A DNA stretch of 64,000 bases from Octopus vulgaris (Eukaryota): positions 51,336,001 to 51,400,000 of the forward strand of contig OX597833.1 of NCBI GenBank assembly GCA_951406725.2, in the 5' to 3' direction. Position numbers and translations under genes: made by a program. This document shows positions 13,849 through 27,109 of this stretch, piece by piece. The notes below the pieces were generated by a model. It had not been told where the DNA came from and searched no databases. It saw nothing but the letters and a program-made list of their open reading frames with translations. Position 1 is the first letter of the stretch; every line of letters begins with the position of its first letter.

Positions 13849-14070
13849 GAGGTGGTGGCGGTGGTTGTGTGAGTGGTGATAGAAATGGTTGTAGTTGATG
13901 GTGTTTGTTTTTTCTTCTTGTTGTTGTTGTGGTGGTGGTAGTTGTGTTGGTGGTTTGGCGGTGGTGGCGGCGGCGGAGTTGGTGTTAGTGGTAGCAGCGT
14001 TGGTGGTATTCCTGCCACGCATGCCACCCGTGGCAATATGTTGATACGGGTGGCGATCATGATGATGATA

Positions 14071-14117
<47 letters not shown>

Positions 14118-14300
14118 GATGATAATGATGATGATGATGATGATGGTGGTGGTGATGGTGATGATGATGCTGATGACATTGATGACGATGATGACGATGA
14201 CGATTATGATGACTGTCATGAAGATGAAGATGATGGTTATGATGAAGATGAAGACTGTTCTGCTGCTGTTGATGATGATGATGATGATGATGATGTTTTG
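13620..14300. repeat. (GTT)n/(GGT)n/(GAT)n trinucleotide block
   Basis: Directly visible. Confidence 0.9.
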
Positions 14301-14948
14301 ATGAACTTTTCCCTATGTATTTTACCCTTTATTATTTATTGTTTTCGTTTCCACCCAGTCCTGCCCATCCTCATAAGCGTGTTTGCCTTATGTATGAAGT
14401 GCTGTATAGAACAATTTGTTGAGTTGCGAATTAGGGGTTAGTGAAGGTCAGCCACTAAGTGACCTCTTCTCTCCTTCCGCCAAAAATCTCCTCGTAGAGA
14501 AGCCAACGTTGTGTCAAAGAGTAGATGTCACCGTCCTTAATTTGGCAGTAAATTTTCACTTATTGCTTGCGGCTTGCATGTATATACGCGTACAAATGTA
14601 TGAATGAGTCTATGATGTATGTATGTATGTATGTATGTATGTATGTATGTATGTATGCATGCATGTATGTATGTATGTATGTATGTATGTATGTATGCAT
14701 GTGTGTGTATGTATGTGTGTGTGTATGTATGTATGTATGTATGTATATATGTATGTGTGTGTGTATGTATGTATGTATGTATGTATGTATGTATGTATGT
14801 ATGTATGCATGCATGTATGGATTGATGGATGGATGGGTGTCTGTATGTATGTATGTATGTATGTAAGTATGTATGTATGTATATGTGTGTGTGTGAGGGC
14901 TCGTCGTGTATACATAGATCCATTTACATATACACACATCAATAAACA

Positions 14949-14992
<44 letters not shown>

Positions 14993-15320
14993 GGTAGGTG
15001 TATATTGCAATTTCTTGTTTGTATTCGGTTATATCTCTCTATGTTCTGAATTCAAAGCCCACCACAGACTAAGTTTATGCATGTATGTATGTATGTATGC
15101 ATGTATGTATGTATGTATTATGTATGTATGTATGTATGTATGTATACAAGCCAACACATGCATGTATAACGTATCTGAGTATGTATGTGTGTGAGTTCTT
15201 TTTGGTTTTTAATTGTTCAAATTCTTCTTCTTCTGAAGGAGCTGGTTGTTAACAAATATACAAAGCTCCATCTTTGGAATGTCGGAATATACACGAACAT
15301 GTTACATAGGAATGTACATA

Positions 15321-15483
15321 GGCGCGGAAGTGGCTGTGTGGTAAGTAGCTTGCTTACCAACCACATGGTTCCTGGTTCAGTCCCACTGCGTGGCACCTTG
15401 GGCAAGTGTCTTCTACTATAGCCTCGGGCCGACCAAAGCCTTGTGAGTGAATTTGGTAGACGGAAACTGAAAACAAGCCCGTC

Positions 15484-15542
<59 letters not shown>

Positions 15543-15740
15543 TGTGTATCTATGTTTGTCCCCCAACATCGCTTGACAATCAATACTGGTGTGTTTCCGT
15601 CCCCGTAACTTAGCGGTTCGGCAAAAGAGACCGATAAAATTAGTACTAGGCTTACAAAAAATAGTCCAGGGTACGATTTGCTCGACTAAAGGTGATGCTT
15701 CTGCAAGGCCGCAGTCAAATGACTGAAACAAATTAAAGAA
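15321..15740 (+). mobile_element. SINE family B, full length with expanded internal (TA)n
   Basis: Complete head, CORE-like block, internal TA tract at about 15485-15540, and tail. Confidence 0.9.
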
Positions 15741-15746
15741 TAACTA

Positions 15747-15838
<92 letters not shown>

Positions 15839-16155
15839 AATATATACATACATACTCACACACATACACACACACACATACACACACACACACACACACA
15901 CATAGGTTATGAGAGGTAATGGTGTCCAGAAAACCCAAAGGTGTCAGGTAATGCTGAGTAAGTGCTATGAACATACTATACTATTGGAACTTGCCCGCAA
16001 GGTACGGGAAACTTATATGTATATCATTCTGCTTAAATAATGGATCTGCAGATACAATATCCCTGTATATCTCACGTCTGTTTTCATTCCTCCACTTCAC
16101 TCTTTATTTCATATCTTCTCTAGAATAACTATTGCTTAACCATTTTCTCGCACCT

Positions 16156-16201
16156 TCTCCGATGAAGGGATATATAAGATATCCCGGAAACAGCTGTAAG
16201 A
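16156..16201 (+). ncRNA. hammerhead motif family 3 (U4->C)
   Basis: UCU-CCGAUGA-A-GGGAUAU(AUAAG)AUAUCCC-G-GAAA-CAGCUG-UA-AGA; 7-bp stem II and palindromic stem III; about 70 nt upstream of a (TA)n tract. Confidence 0.5.
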
Positions 16202-16262
16202 CCTTCTCTTTATAAATGTTCTGAAATCTTTCACAGCGTTGGATTTTTATCTCATTCAGTTA

Positions 16263-16311
<49 letters not shown>

Positions 16312-16316
<5 letters not shown>

Positions 16317-16550
16317 AAATACAAAATGGGACAAGAGCGCAAAACATCCAGATAGAAGTTACAAAAACAAAACACGACCTGTCATTCGAAGCCTTTTACC
16401 TTCATTCAAGAATCGGATCATCCTCTCAATTTCGGCTGATTAATCTTGAGAGTGCTCCAATCTGGCCAGCCCCAAGGAAAAAACTAAGCTAAGAGCATTA
16501 GATTCCTTGGGAAAAAGCATCGAATGTATACGAAACAAAGACGCAAAAAC
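16312..16550 (-). repeat. unclassified interspersed repeat, second copy at 59857-60000
   Basis: TCAAGATTAATCAGCCGAAATT...GAGGATGATCCG...GGCTTCGAATGAC is shared; both copies end in (TA)n. Confidence 0.7.
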
Positions 16551-16551
16551 G

Positions 16552-16700
16552 ACTTTGGTGGCCCGAGGCTATAGCAGAAGACACTTGCCCAACGTGCCAC
16601 ACAGTGGGACTAAACCTGGAACCATGTGGTTCGTTAGCAAGCTACTTACCGCATAGCCACTTCTACACCTACACTTACCACATAGCCACCCCTACGCCTA
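16552..16700 (-). mobile_element. SINE family B 5' portion with duplicated head
   Basis: GAAGACACTTGCCCAA...; CTTACC.CATAGCCAC occurs twice. Confidence 0.75.
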
Positions 16701-17757
16701 CATATTTATTTATTTATTCATTTATTTAATGGAAAACAACACCACAGAGGAATCGATGTAAGCTTGACTAATAAACTGCGATAAGTGAAATGCAATATGG
16801 CGAAGGATTACTGTACAAAGAAGGAGATGCACAGAGTAACTATCTAAATTTTTTTTATCTATTTACAAAGTACTTACAATTTCTAGTGGGTGGTATTTAT
16901 GCATAGCCACTATTTTGTTCTTTTTAGAAATCTCCAGTATGATATAACCTGTTAGTAATTCATTAGATATACTACGACGTAAGATATTTTACTAAAATTA
17001 AAGATGAAATTAATCAAAATCTGGAAGAAATTCAAAGATTTATTTTCCTCATAGTACCCTGCTAGTTTACGAACCAAGAGTAAAACAGAATCTTCACTAG
17101 CTGTAGAAAGATTACTCTGACTGGAGAAACGATGCGAACCCCGAAACCTCAGTTTGTTTTCCTATGCCCTAAGGACGTTATTTCTTCCACTTATTTACTG
17201 CAATTTTGTTTTTAAGCACATTTTTGATACAGGCTGTATAAGAATTTATCGTTTCAATTATAAACGGTACGTTTTCACTCTTGTTCTTTTCCTTTCCTCA
17301 TTGTTTACAGATTACTTTGGAAGAAATTGAAATTAAATTGAAAAATGTACGGGATTATTTTCAGAAGGCAATGAGTGTCAGCACTTTCTGAAACAGAATT
17401 AGTTCAGAAGTTTATTTTATTTCAAGGGGTCACATCTAAAAGAAGTTGTAAAGAATAGATTAATCACCCTCGCTTTTGTTGACTCTACAAGTTTAGATAG
17501 TTGTGTTAGCAAGGAGACGTCTGTAAGGACATTTATATTTTGCACGGTTATATGCAAATTTTAATGGGTTTTATTTACATATGTATACATATGTGCTTTT
17601 GTCATACACACGTATACGTACACACGCGTAATATATATACTTATGTATGCATAAATGTATATATATAAATATATATATATTAATTTATATATATATATAT
17701 ATACATACAAGCATACATATATATATATATCTACATACATACATACATACATGCATG

Positions 17758-17797
<40 letters not shown>

Positions 17798-17817
17798 CAT
17801 ACATACATACATGCATG

Positions 17818-17849
<32 letters not shown>

Positions 17850-18528
17850 CACACATGACTGAAACCAATAAAAGAATAAAAGAATATACGCACACAAACA
17901 CGCACATACACACACACACACGCACAGACACGCACACACACACACACACACACACAGAGGAACGGCTTCTCTCTGTTTTAAACATGCATTATAAAAACAC
18001 AACTGTGTGTTAGAGCTTTATCGGTTTTTTTATTAAAAGTTTTAAAATGTTAATTAGAGTTGTTTATGTTTTGTTAAGAACAATTAAATTCCGTCTTTAT
18101 CTTCATTCACGGTTTTTACTCGTTGTTGTTAAGCTGCCCCCCCCTCAGTCTTAATCGAGTAAGACGCTGATCGAACGTTTTCCTACAATAACCTTATATA
18201 AATGTCCTTAAAGACGTCTCCTTGCTAACACAACTATCTAAACTTTTAGAGTCAACAAAAGCGAGGGTGATTAATCTATTCTTTACAACTTCTTTTATTT
18301 TGGATATATTATATTCAAGACTACCAATCATATGTGTTCTTTAATTTCATCTTTTGTTGTTTAGCCCTCGGTCATACCTAAGTGATCGGATATGTGACCA
18401 AAGGAATTGAAACCGTGATCATCCCATATATTTTGGAAGCGTAATGCGTGTAAATCTCTATGATGAATTGGCAGAATTATTAGAACGTCGAATAAAATGC
18501 TTATCATAAAGCTGATTAATGGAAAATC

Positions 18529-18887
18529 GGATCTTTACCTTTTGACCGACAGATTTTAAAAAATAATTTTTTGTAACTAAACACTTTCAAACTTTGTATA
18601 CTGGTAGAATGTGTCACATAAAACATCTTTTACTCTTGGCGTTGTTGAGAAACTCCTGTATTTTGGAAGTTATTTTTTGTTAAAGTTGACGTATTTCGGT
18701 AAATTTCAACCAATCAATGACGTGTATTCAGCTGAATAAAATTACTGCCAAAATACAGAATTTTCTCAACAATGCCAAGAGTAAAAGATGTTTTATGTGG
18801 CACATTCTACAAGTATACGAAGTTTGAAAGTGTTTAGTTACAAAAGACTATTTTTTAACTCTGTCCGGATCTTAAAGGTAAAGATTC
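18529..18887. mobile_element. MITE with TIRs of about 140 bp and 8-bp TSD (Merlin/Mutator-like)
   Basis: GGATCTTTACCTTT...AAAGGTAAAGATTC termini, long internal complementarity, GGAAAATC at 18521-18528 and 18888-18895. Confidence 0.85.
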
Positions 18888-19250
18888 GGAAAATCAATTG
18901 TCCAGGATCATTCATAATGCTACGGGCTACGCTGGTCCTGTATATCAAAACTGCCATCATTAACATAAGTAAGCAAGAAAGTTATTTCCACAAGCTAAAA
19001 AGTATATACACCAAATCGTGGGAAATAACAGCAAAATAAAGATTTGAAAAGTATTATGTTTCGCTTGTTCCGTAAATGAATGCATCCACTAATTATACAA
19101 AGACTAACCTACACAAACTAACCTTGGACTTTCCTGCACTAATTTCGCGAGGACCATACACCTTGCACAGAAGCAAATTCCTGTTCTAGTTTATTTCGAA
19201 CAGTAAACTATTTGAACTCAAGACCTGAAGTCCACTGTTAGGACCAGAGG

Positions 19251-19582
19251 GTAAAGACCCCCTTCGGTCATGAATGACCATGGGATTGCACCTAGAAAGT
19301 TACCCTCCTAGACACAAGTCCGGGCGAGGTTGTTTGTGGAAGACCAGCAGTCGCCCATGCATACCGGCCTCCCCTCTCCACGTCACCGATGTTGTCCAAG
19401 GGAAAGGCAAAGGGGCCGATACAGCTTGGCACCAGTGACGTCGCAACTCATTTCTACAGCTGAGTGAACTGGAGCAACGTGAAATAAAGTGCCTTGCTCA
19501 AGAACACAACACGCAGCCCGGTCCGGGATTCGAGCTCACAACCTCACAATCGTAAGCTCGACGCTCTAACCACTGAGCCATA
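19251..19582 (-). mobile_element. SINE family C
   Basis: Minus strand TGGCTCAGTGGTTAGAGCG...TCGAATCCCGG tRNA-like head; near-identical to 30495-30818. Confidence 0.9.
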
Positions 19583-19649
19583 ACATACACAAAATCATGT
19601 CGAAATATCAACTCGTCTTAAGATGATGAGTTTATAAAATTGTTAACAC

Positions 19650-19795
19650 ACTGGACAAAGTACTTAGCGGCAGTTCGACTTTCTTGACGTTCTGAGTTCA
19701 AATTCCGCTAATGTCGACTTTGCCTTTCATCCTTTCGAAGTCGATAAAATAAGTAGTAATTGACTATTAGGGTCGATTTAATTGACTTAGCCCCT
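19650..19795 (+). mobile_element. SINE family A, diverged
   Basis: GTTCTGAGTTCAAATTCCG...GCCTTTCATCCTTTCG core. Confidence 0.7.
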
Positions 19796-19879
19796 CTTAC
19801 CCATCGGTAGACACACATATATACATGCATGCACACACATACGGATGTATATGTAGTCTATATATATACATACGTATAT

Positions 19880-19924
<45 letters not shown>

Positions 19925-19936
19925 GACAGACGGACG

Positions 19937-19995
<59 letters not shown>

Positions 19996-20031
19996 GGATA
20001 GATAGATGAATATATAGATAGCCAGACAGAC

Positions 20032-20127
<96 letters not shown>

Positions 20128-21044
20128 TTGTACACGCACATATATAGGAGTGCTTTTGTATATTTAACTAATTGTCTTAATTTCATGCGGAATAGTGTTC
20201 AGAATATTTCTATCGAATTCTGCTATGCTGTAATTTCTTAATTTATTTCTCGTATTCTTTTGAAATAATTTTAGCTCATGTTAAATTTTTTCATACGATA
20301 TTTAGCTGATTGGTGAATATATTTCCATTCTTCGCTTCGTTTTTTTTTTGTTTTACTTAATAATTGTATTTCATTATTTTTATATTTTTTTTTTACTCAT
20401 AGCAGTTTACAAATTATGTCCCATTTTTTAACCTCTTCAATCTTAACATTCCCTATTGTGAATTCATTCTTATCTATTTTCATGCCCCGTCCCTTCCAAA
20501 GACATACAACACATTTCCTCTTTCACAGAAACAATATTTCACAAATTCACTTTGTCTTCCTCAGCAGCGATATAAATTGCCTTACTTTTAACATTTTATT
20601 ATTTGTCGCATTTTTTAAATAGTTAATTTTACGTCAAATATTCCTTATCTGTATAATTGTTATTATACGTAATTAACTTTCTATAAGAAAATGGTGTTCG
20701 AGAAGGAACTTTTTCATCAAATTTATTTAGGATTGTGCTGATGGCATTAAATAGATTTATTATAAACTGTATACTTAACGTAAATTTTTTCCCTTCATTC
20801 TCTCTCACCCCTCCCCGTCTCCCTCGTTTATTCTACCTTATATTGGCCAAACCGAAACTCCTACATCATTCTTTAATTTAAAAAAAAAAAGTGATTTAAA
20901 AGGCATGAACTCAAAATTTTTAATTTGCAAGGTTTGTGTGAAATTTGAAACAACGTAGAGAGAAAAGATTAATTTATATTTCAAAATCTGTCTGCAGCAG
21001 TTAATGAATCTTCAATATACAAAACCGTACATAAACGTTATAAA

Positions 21045-21299
21045 TAAATAAAATAAATGCGCACTTTTAAAGCCTAGCCAGGCTCATGGGCCCGGTTTCC
21101 CGGTTTTTATGGCGTATGTGTTCCCCAGCTGGACGGGACGCCAGTCCATCGTAGCGTTACTCATTTTTGCCAGCTGAGTGGACTGGAGCAACGTGAAATG
21201 AAGTGTTTTGCTCAAGAACACAACGCATCGCCCGGAATCGAAGCCACAATCTTACGATCATGGTGCTGACACCCTAACCACTAAGCTACGCGCCTCCAC
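21045..21299 (-). mobile_element. SINE family D, full length with (ATTT)n tail
   Basis: Reverse homolog of 5970-6195, extended to GGCTAGGCTTTAAAAGTGCGCATTTATTT. Confidence 0.85.
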
Positions 21300-21578
21300 A
21301 CATAAACATTATAAACTTTTCATATTTTACTTGCTTTGTTTTCATAGACGTATACACACATACATATATACTTACGTACAGACACACACACACATTTATA
21401 TGAGAAATGTTTATCGACACCTAAAATGGGTGTTCTATAGGAACAGACGTAGCAGTATATTGGTAACTAAGCTATCTTCGGCTGTCGGAAACTTTGAAGT
21501 CACTATCAACAACATTCTTGTATAGGAATAAGATATTTTTATGCTTATACATTTCTATATGTCTAAATATACGTATAA

Positions 21579-21617
<39 letters not shown>

Positions 21618-21620
<3 letters not shown>

Positions 21621-22011
21621 TCTTTTACTCTTTTACTTGTTTCAGTCATTTGACTCCGGCCATGCTGGAGCACCGCCTTTAATCGAGCAACTCGACCCCG
21701 GGACTTATTCTTTTGTAAGCCCAGTACTTATTCTATCGGTCTCTTTTGCCGAACCGCTAATTAACGGGGACATAAACACACCAGAATCGGTTGTCAAGCA
21801 ATGCTAGGGGGACAAACACAAACACACACACGCATATATACATATACATATATACGACGGGCTTCTTTCAGTTTCCATCTACCAAATCCACTCACAAGGC
21901 TTTGGTCGGCCCGGGGCTATAGTAGAAGACACTTGCCCAAGGTGCCACGAAGTGGGACTGAACCCGGAACCATGTGGTTGGTAAACAAGCTACTTACCAC
22001 ACAGCCACGCC
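21618..22011 (-). mobile_element. SINE family B between (TA)n tracts
   Basis: Full-length homolog; a head-only copy on + at about 22154-22220 faces away across a long (TA)n. Confidence 0.9.
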
Positions 22012-22013
22012 TA

Positions 22014-22157
<144 letters not shown>

Positions 22158-22714
22158 TGCGTGGTAAGAGGCTTGCTTCCTAAACATATGATTCCGGGTT
22201 CAGTTCCATTGCATGGCACCTTTTATTTGTACTTTCACATAGCCTACTATTTTCAGAAAAGAGGTAAAATAATATATTTATTAAAAGAATTTTCAGTCTT
22301 CATTTCACATTCAGTGTGCTGTTTCAGAATGACTGCAGTCCAGTGGCTGAAACAAGTGAAAGAATGATAGATTAAAAGAATAAAAGAATAAAAGAATAAA
22401 AGTACATTCATTCATGCTACATTGTATTGGTACAAAACTTAATGCTTAGCCGTCAACTTTCTATTATTATATTCATTTGATTACGTTTCTAATAATTTTG
22501 TTTACATTTCCCATAAGAAGTTATATAACTCTTGACATTGACAGCTCCAAAGGCGAGTTAATCCGTATCTGATCAGTTTTCAATGGGAGACAACAAAGCT
22601 AGCCAGTTCCATCCCCAGTTACTCGTAATGAAAACTGCTGTTTTATTACCCAATTTCAACGGCGAGAGTAAATATAAATTTATTGAAAGGAGAGTATGTA
22701 TCTTCTATCTCTCT

Positions 22715-23121
22715 CTACTCTCTCTTTACTCTTTTACTTGTTTCGGTCATTTGACTGCGGCGATGCTGGAGCAACTGCCTTTAATCGAGCAAATCGACCG
22801 CGGGACTTATTTTTTTTGTAAGCCCAGTACTTATTCTATCGGTCTCTTTTGCCGAACCGTAAGTGACGGTGACATAAACACACCAGCATCGGTTGTCAAG
22901 CAATGCTCGGGGGACAAACACAGACACACAAACATACACGCACTCACACACATATATACGACGGGCTTCTTTCAGTTTCCGTCTACCAAAACCACTCACA
23001 AGGCTTTGGTCAGCCTGGGGCTATAGCAGAAGACACTTGCCCAAGGTGCAACGCAGTGGGACTGAACCCGGAACCATGTGGTTCGTAAGCAAGCTACTTA
23101 CCACACAGCCACTCCTGCGCC
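22715..23121 (-). mobile_element. SINE family B
   Basis: Full-length homolog. Confidence 0.9.
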
Positions 23122-23171
23122 TCACGTACAGATTTATATAATCATAGATGTATATCTGTATATTTCTTTAC

Positions 23172-23203
<32 letters not shown>

Positions 23204-23243
23204 ACCTCTCTCTCTCTATCTATATCCCTATCTCTCTCTATCT

Positions 23244-23291
<48 letters not shown>

Positions 23292-23295
<4 letters not shown>

Positions 23296-23570
23296 CTTAT
23301 AAACAAGGGCAAAAGAAAAAAGTTTCCATGCCAAATATGCCGAAAATAGACTTAATCATCAATAACCATATAATTTATCACTATAAGCACGCGTCTCGAA
23401 AGCAAGCCGATAGAAATTTCTAAAAAAAATTTCGTTATTATCGGATCGGTCCCAATTTCTGAGTTAATTCATTTAGAATTTTCTCGTCCTCAGCGATAAA
23501 TGCGATGAGAAAATAAATGAGATACTTACTTGCACCAATGGAAGAAGTAAACGCTAAGTCACGAGCACAC
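23292..23570 (-). mobile_element. Penelope-like repeat family 2, second copy (hammerhead at 23445-23497, triplet mutated to GAC)
   Basis: AUCG-CUGAGGA-CGAG...CUCA-GAAA-UUGG-GAC-CGAU on the minus strand. Confidence 0.55.
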
Positions 23571-24414
23571 TTAAGTACCTCAAATATATCCAAAATAGAA
23601 ATTCCACAGCATACTTCGAGTGAGGGAGCAGTGTATGCGTCAAAGTGGCACTGGAGTAAAATATACGAAGCCCAGTATATCCATCATGACTGACCGTCTG
23701 ATAAGAGTACACCAGGCACATGCATCACAACCATATGTGAGCGACATGGTGAGCTCATAACAAAATAAACAGCACATGACCTTGCAGGTGGGGCCCAGTT
23801 AGAATTTTCTTCAGGTCGAGTAGCCCATCCCGCTCAAAATGTCCTTGCTTAAGGGTAGTTTAAGGATGTTGAACGAAACTTTCATGTTTCCAAAGGTGAA
23901 TTATCCAAACCCTCACCAAAATTCCTTTCAGCACATGGCTATGATGCTCCCCCACTACTTCTGCTCGTGATCAGAGATGCACATATCGTCAGCCACAAAA
24001 GGATATGTTCTACTGGTTACGGTCAAATAACTGACAAACAAATCTATGGTACTGAGCAGGATATTTGCTGTAGCTTATCATTTATACTAAGACAAAATTA
24101 TTATTATTATTTTTTAAAATGCGGTTTGATTCGGGCCCCATGGCACTTAAATTTTTATAACTACATCACGGGAACCGAGATCGTCAATCTCGTCCACGAA
24201 TATACATTTATAGGTACATAATCATTTCCACAGTGGTCGTATAAAAATAGGATTCATAAACAATAAACATTTCTATCTCGGTGTGAAAACAGAACCTGTA
24301 GATAAATCACGGGAGCTTCGGCAGGTGGTGGAATGTTAGCCAACTAGTTTCGTCATCTATTAAATCATCATCAGACATCTACCTTCATATATCTTTATAT
24401 ATATATATATATAT

Positions 24415-24469
<55 letters not shown>

Positions 24470-24511
24470 TATAGAGATTATACATATATATATAGACATT
24501 TATAAACATAT

Positions 24512-24568
<57 letters not shown>

Positions 24569-24728
24569 TACATGCGTACATACAGTAATACATGTATACA
24601 TACATGCATACGTATATATACGTGCATCTATTAAACATACTCTATACGAATTTTGTATGTATGTACGTATATATATATATATATGTATATGTGCATAAAT
24701 GCATGCATATATATATATAGACACACAA

Positions 24729-24840
<112 letters not shown>

Positions 24841-25636
24841 CGTGCAGATTTCGCAGTATGTATCTCTTTGAATTCGTCATACCGAAGACAGCTTTCCTCC
24901 ATTTTGTGGATGATATACCAATACATAAACAAGCCAAGTTTAAGGAAGAAGAAAAAAAAACAAAAAAAAAAAAGAAAGAAAATGGAGAACGAACAAGGAG
25001 GGGAAAAAAAATACATCTTTCTCTTGTTGGGTTTTCTTAGCGGGAGGTCGAAACTCACCACACATCATCTTCAAAGAACTACACGGACTGATATATCTCA
25101 CTACCATCGCCAAAACCACTATTACCGCCACTGGCACCAGCACCAGCACCACCACCACCACCATCACTATCATCATCATGGTCATCATCATCATCGCTGT
25201 CACCAATACAGCTCTCCAAAAAACACTGCATAAAAATTAGAAAATAAATTACCTCTAAACATACTGTGTTAACTTTGAAAGGGTTCCATTTTATTTTCTA
25301 CTATTTTTCTCCTCTAATCTGTAAACTGCAAAATAAATAAACTTCACACATTATTCCATTACTTCATTCCATAGACATTAGTTTCATTCTATTCCTTCCA
25401 TCATGTTCTATTTTTTAGCATGACTTGGTTAAAAAAGAATAAGAGGCTGAGAGAGTGAGAGAGCGAGAGGAGAGAGAAGGAGAGGTTTGGGTTGAGAGAC
25501 TGTAATTATTCCAACGTTCCATTTTAAATCTCTTTACGGTTCCATCTTCCATCTCTGCGGAGATTCTATCTGGGGAAAGTCAAATTAACTTTTCTTTCCG
25601 TTTTTTTTTTCTACTTTCCATCCCAATTTCTATATG

Positions 25637-25695
<59 letters not shown>

Positions 25696-25712
25696 AACAC
25701 ACACACACAGAC

Positions 25713-25802
<90 letters not shown>

Positions 25803-25853
25803 GTATGTATTTTACATATATATATATATATATGTCTGTGTGTGTGTAGAGAG

Positions 25854-25893
<40 letters not shown>

Positions 25894-26029
25894 ACATCAA
25901 TACGCACACGCACAATCATATATACACACGCACACACACATATACGTATATTTATTTCTGTATATTTCTCATATTTTATTCTAGTTTACGTTTTCTTTTT
26001 TCTATTGCCTGTCTTTCTCTCTCTCTCTC

Positions 26030-26477
26030 TCTCTGCTATCATCATCATAATCATCGTCGTTATCATATCCATCATGATCAGAACGGGACATGGGGATCAT
26101 GGAAGTGATCTAGACGATAACAGTGAGAATTGCTAATTATTACGACGATGATGATAATGATGATGATGTCGACGACGACGATGACGACGACGAAGGTCAT
26201 GATGATGAAGACAATGATGGTGATGTTGATGACCATCATGATCCCGATCACGATGATGATGATGAGGAGGATGATGATGATGACAACGATGATGATCATG
26301 GTGACGGCGGCTATTATGATAAACGTGTTGGGAAACGGTGTGGGGGTGGATGACAACGATGATCACGATCATCATTATCATCATCATCATCATCATCATC
26401 ATCATTATCATCATTATCATCATCGTCGTCGTCGTCGTCATCATCGTCGCCGCCATCACCACTCCGCCTGTCACTAC

Positions 26478-26526
<49 letters not shown>

Positions 26527-26530
26527 TCGC
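26030..26530. repeat. (GAT)n/(CAT)n trinucleotide block
   Basis: Directly visible. Confidence 0.9.
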
Positions 26531-26867
26531 TTAAAACTGATATTGTTGTTGATGTTGTTTATGTTATTGTCTTTTGTCTTTTGTAGTTATTGTTTGTCGT
26601 CCTTTTTTTTTATATTTTCTTGTTTTTTTTTTGTCTTCTTGTATTTTCATTTCGTTTCTCCCCCCACCCCACCCCACCCGCTTTTGACTTTCTGCAAAAC
26701 CAATTCCCTAATATTTATTACACATAAAGCGCGTTAAAACGACTTCCCTTCTCTCAATAGATATATTTTCATGACGATAGAGCCATCTCTTCTCTTGTTT
26801 ATATTGTTATTCCTATTACTGTTCATGTTACAGACTTCGTTGTTGTTGCTCTTTGCCATTCCTGTGG

Positions 26868-26899
<32 letters not shown>

Positions 26900-27109
26900 G
26901 CTGTTGTTGTTTGCTCTGCCTCATTTAACATATTGATAGTCCTTCCTGTCACTTTATTTTGACATCATTCCGAATACTTTATTTTTTTTCATTTTTTCGT
27001 GCCACCCCTGCCGTCTCAGCTTTTCCATGTATCTTCATTCACTTTTCGCAGTGGAGACAGATTGTCATATTGCCTGGATTCTGCAAAAGAATGGATATTT
27101 TGTTTTTTT

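Noticed and set aside
23640-24070. GC-richer block, possible exon or LINE 5' UTR
   Set aside because: No credible reading frame and no second copy in the window; cannot be classified from the sequence alone.
26123-26353. Acidic Asp-rich protein ORF
   Set aside because: It is a degenerate (GAT)n tract continuous with flanking (CAT)n repeats; no splice or domain evidence.
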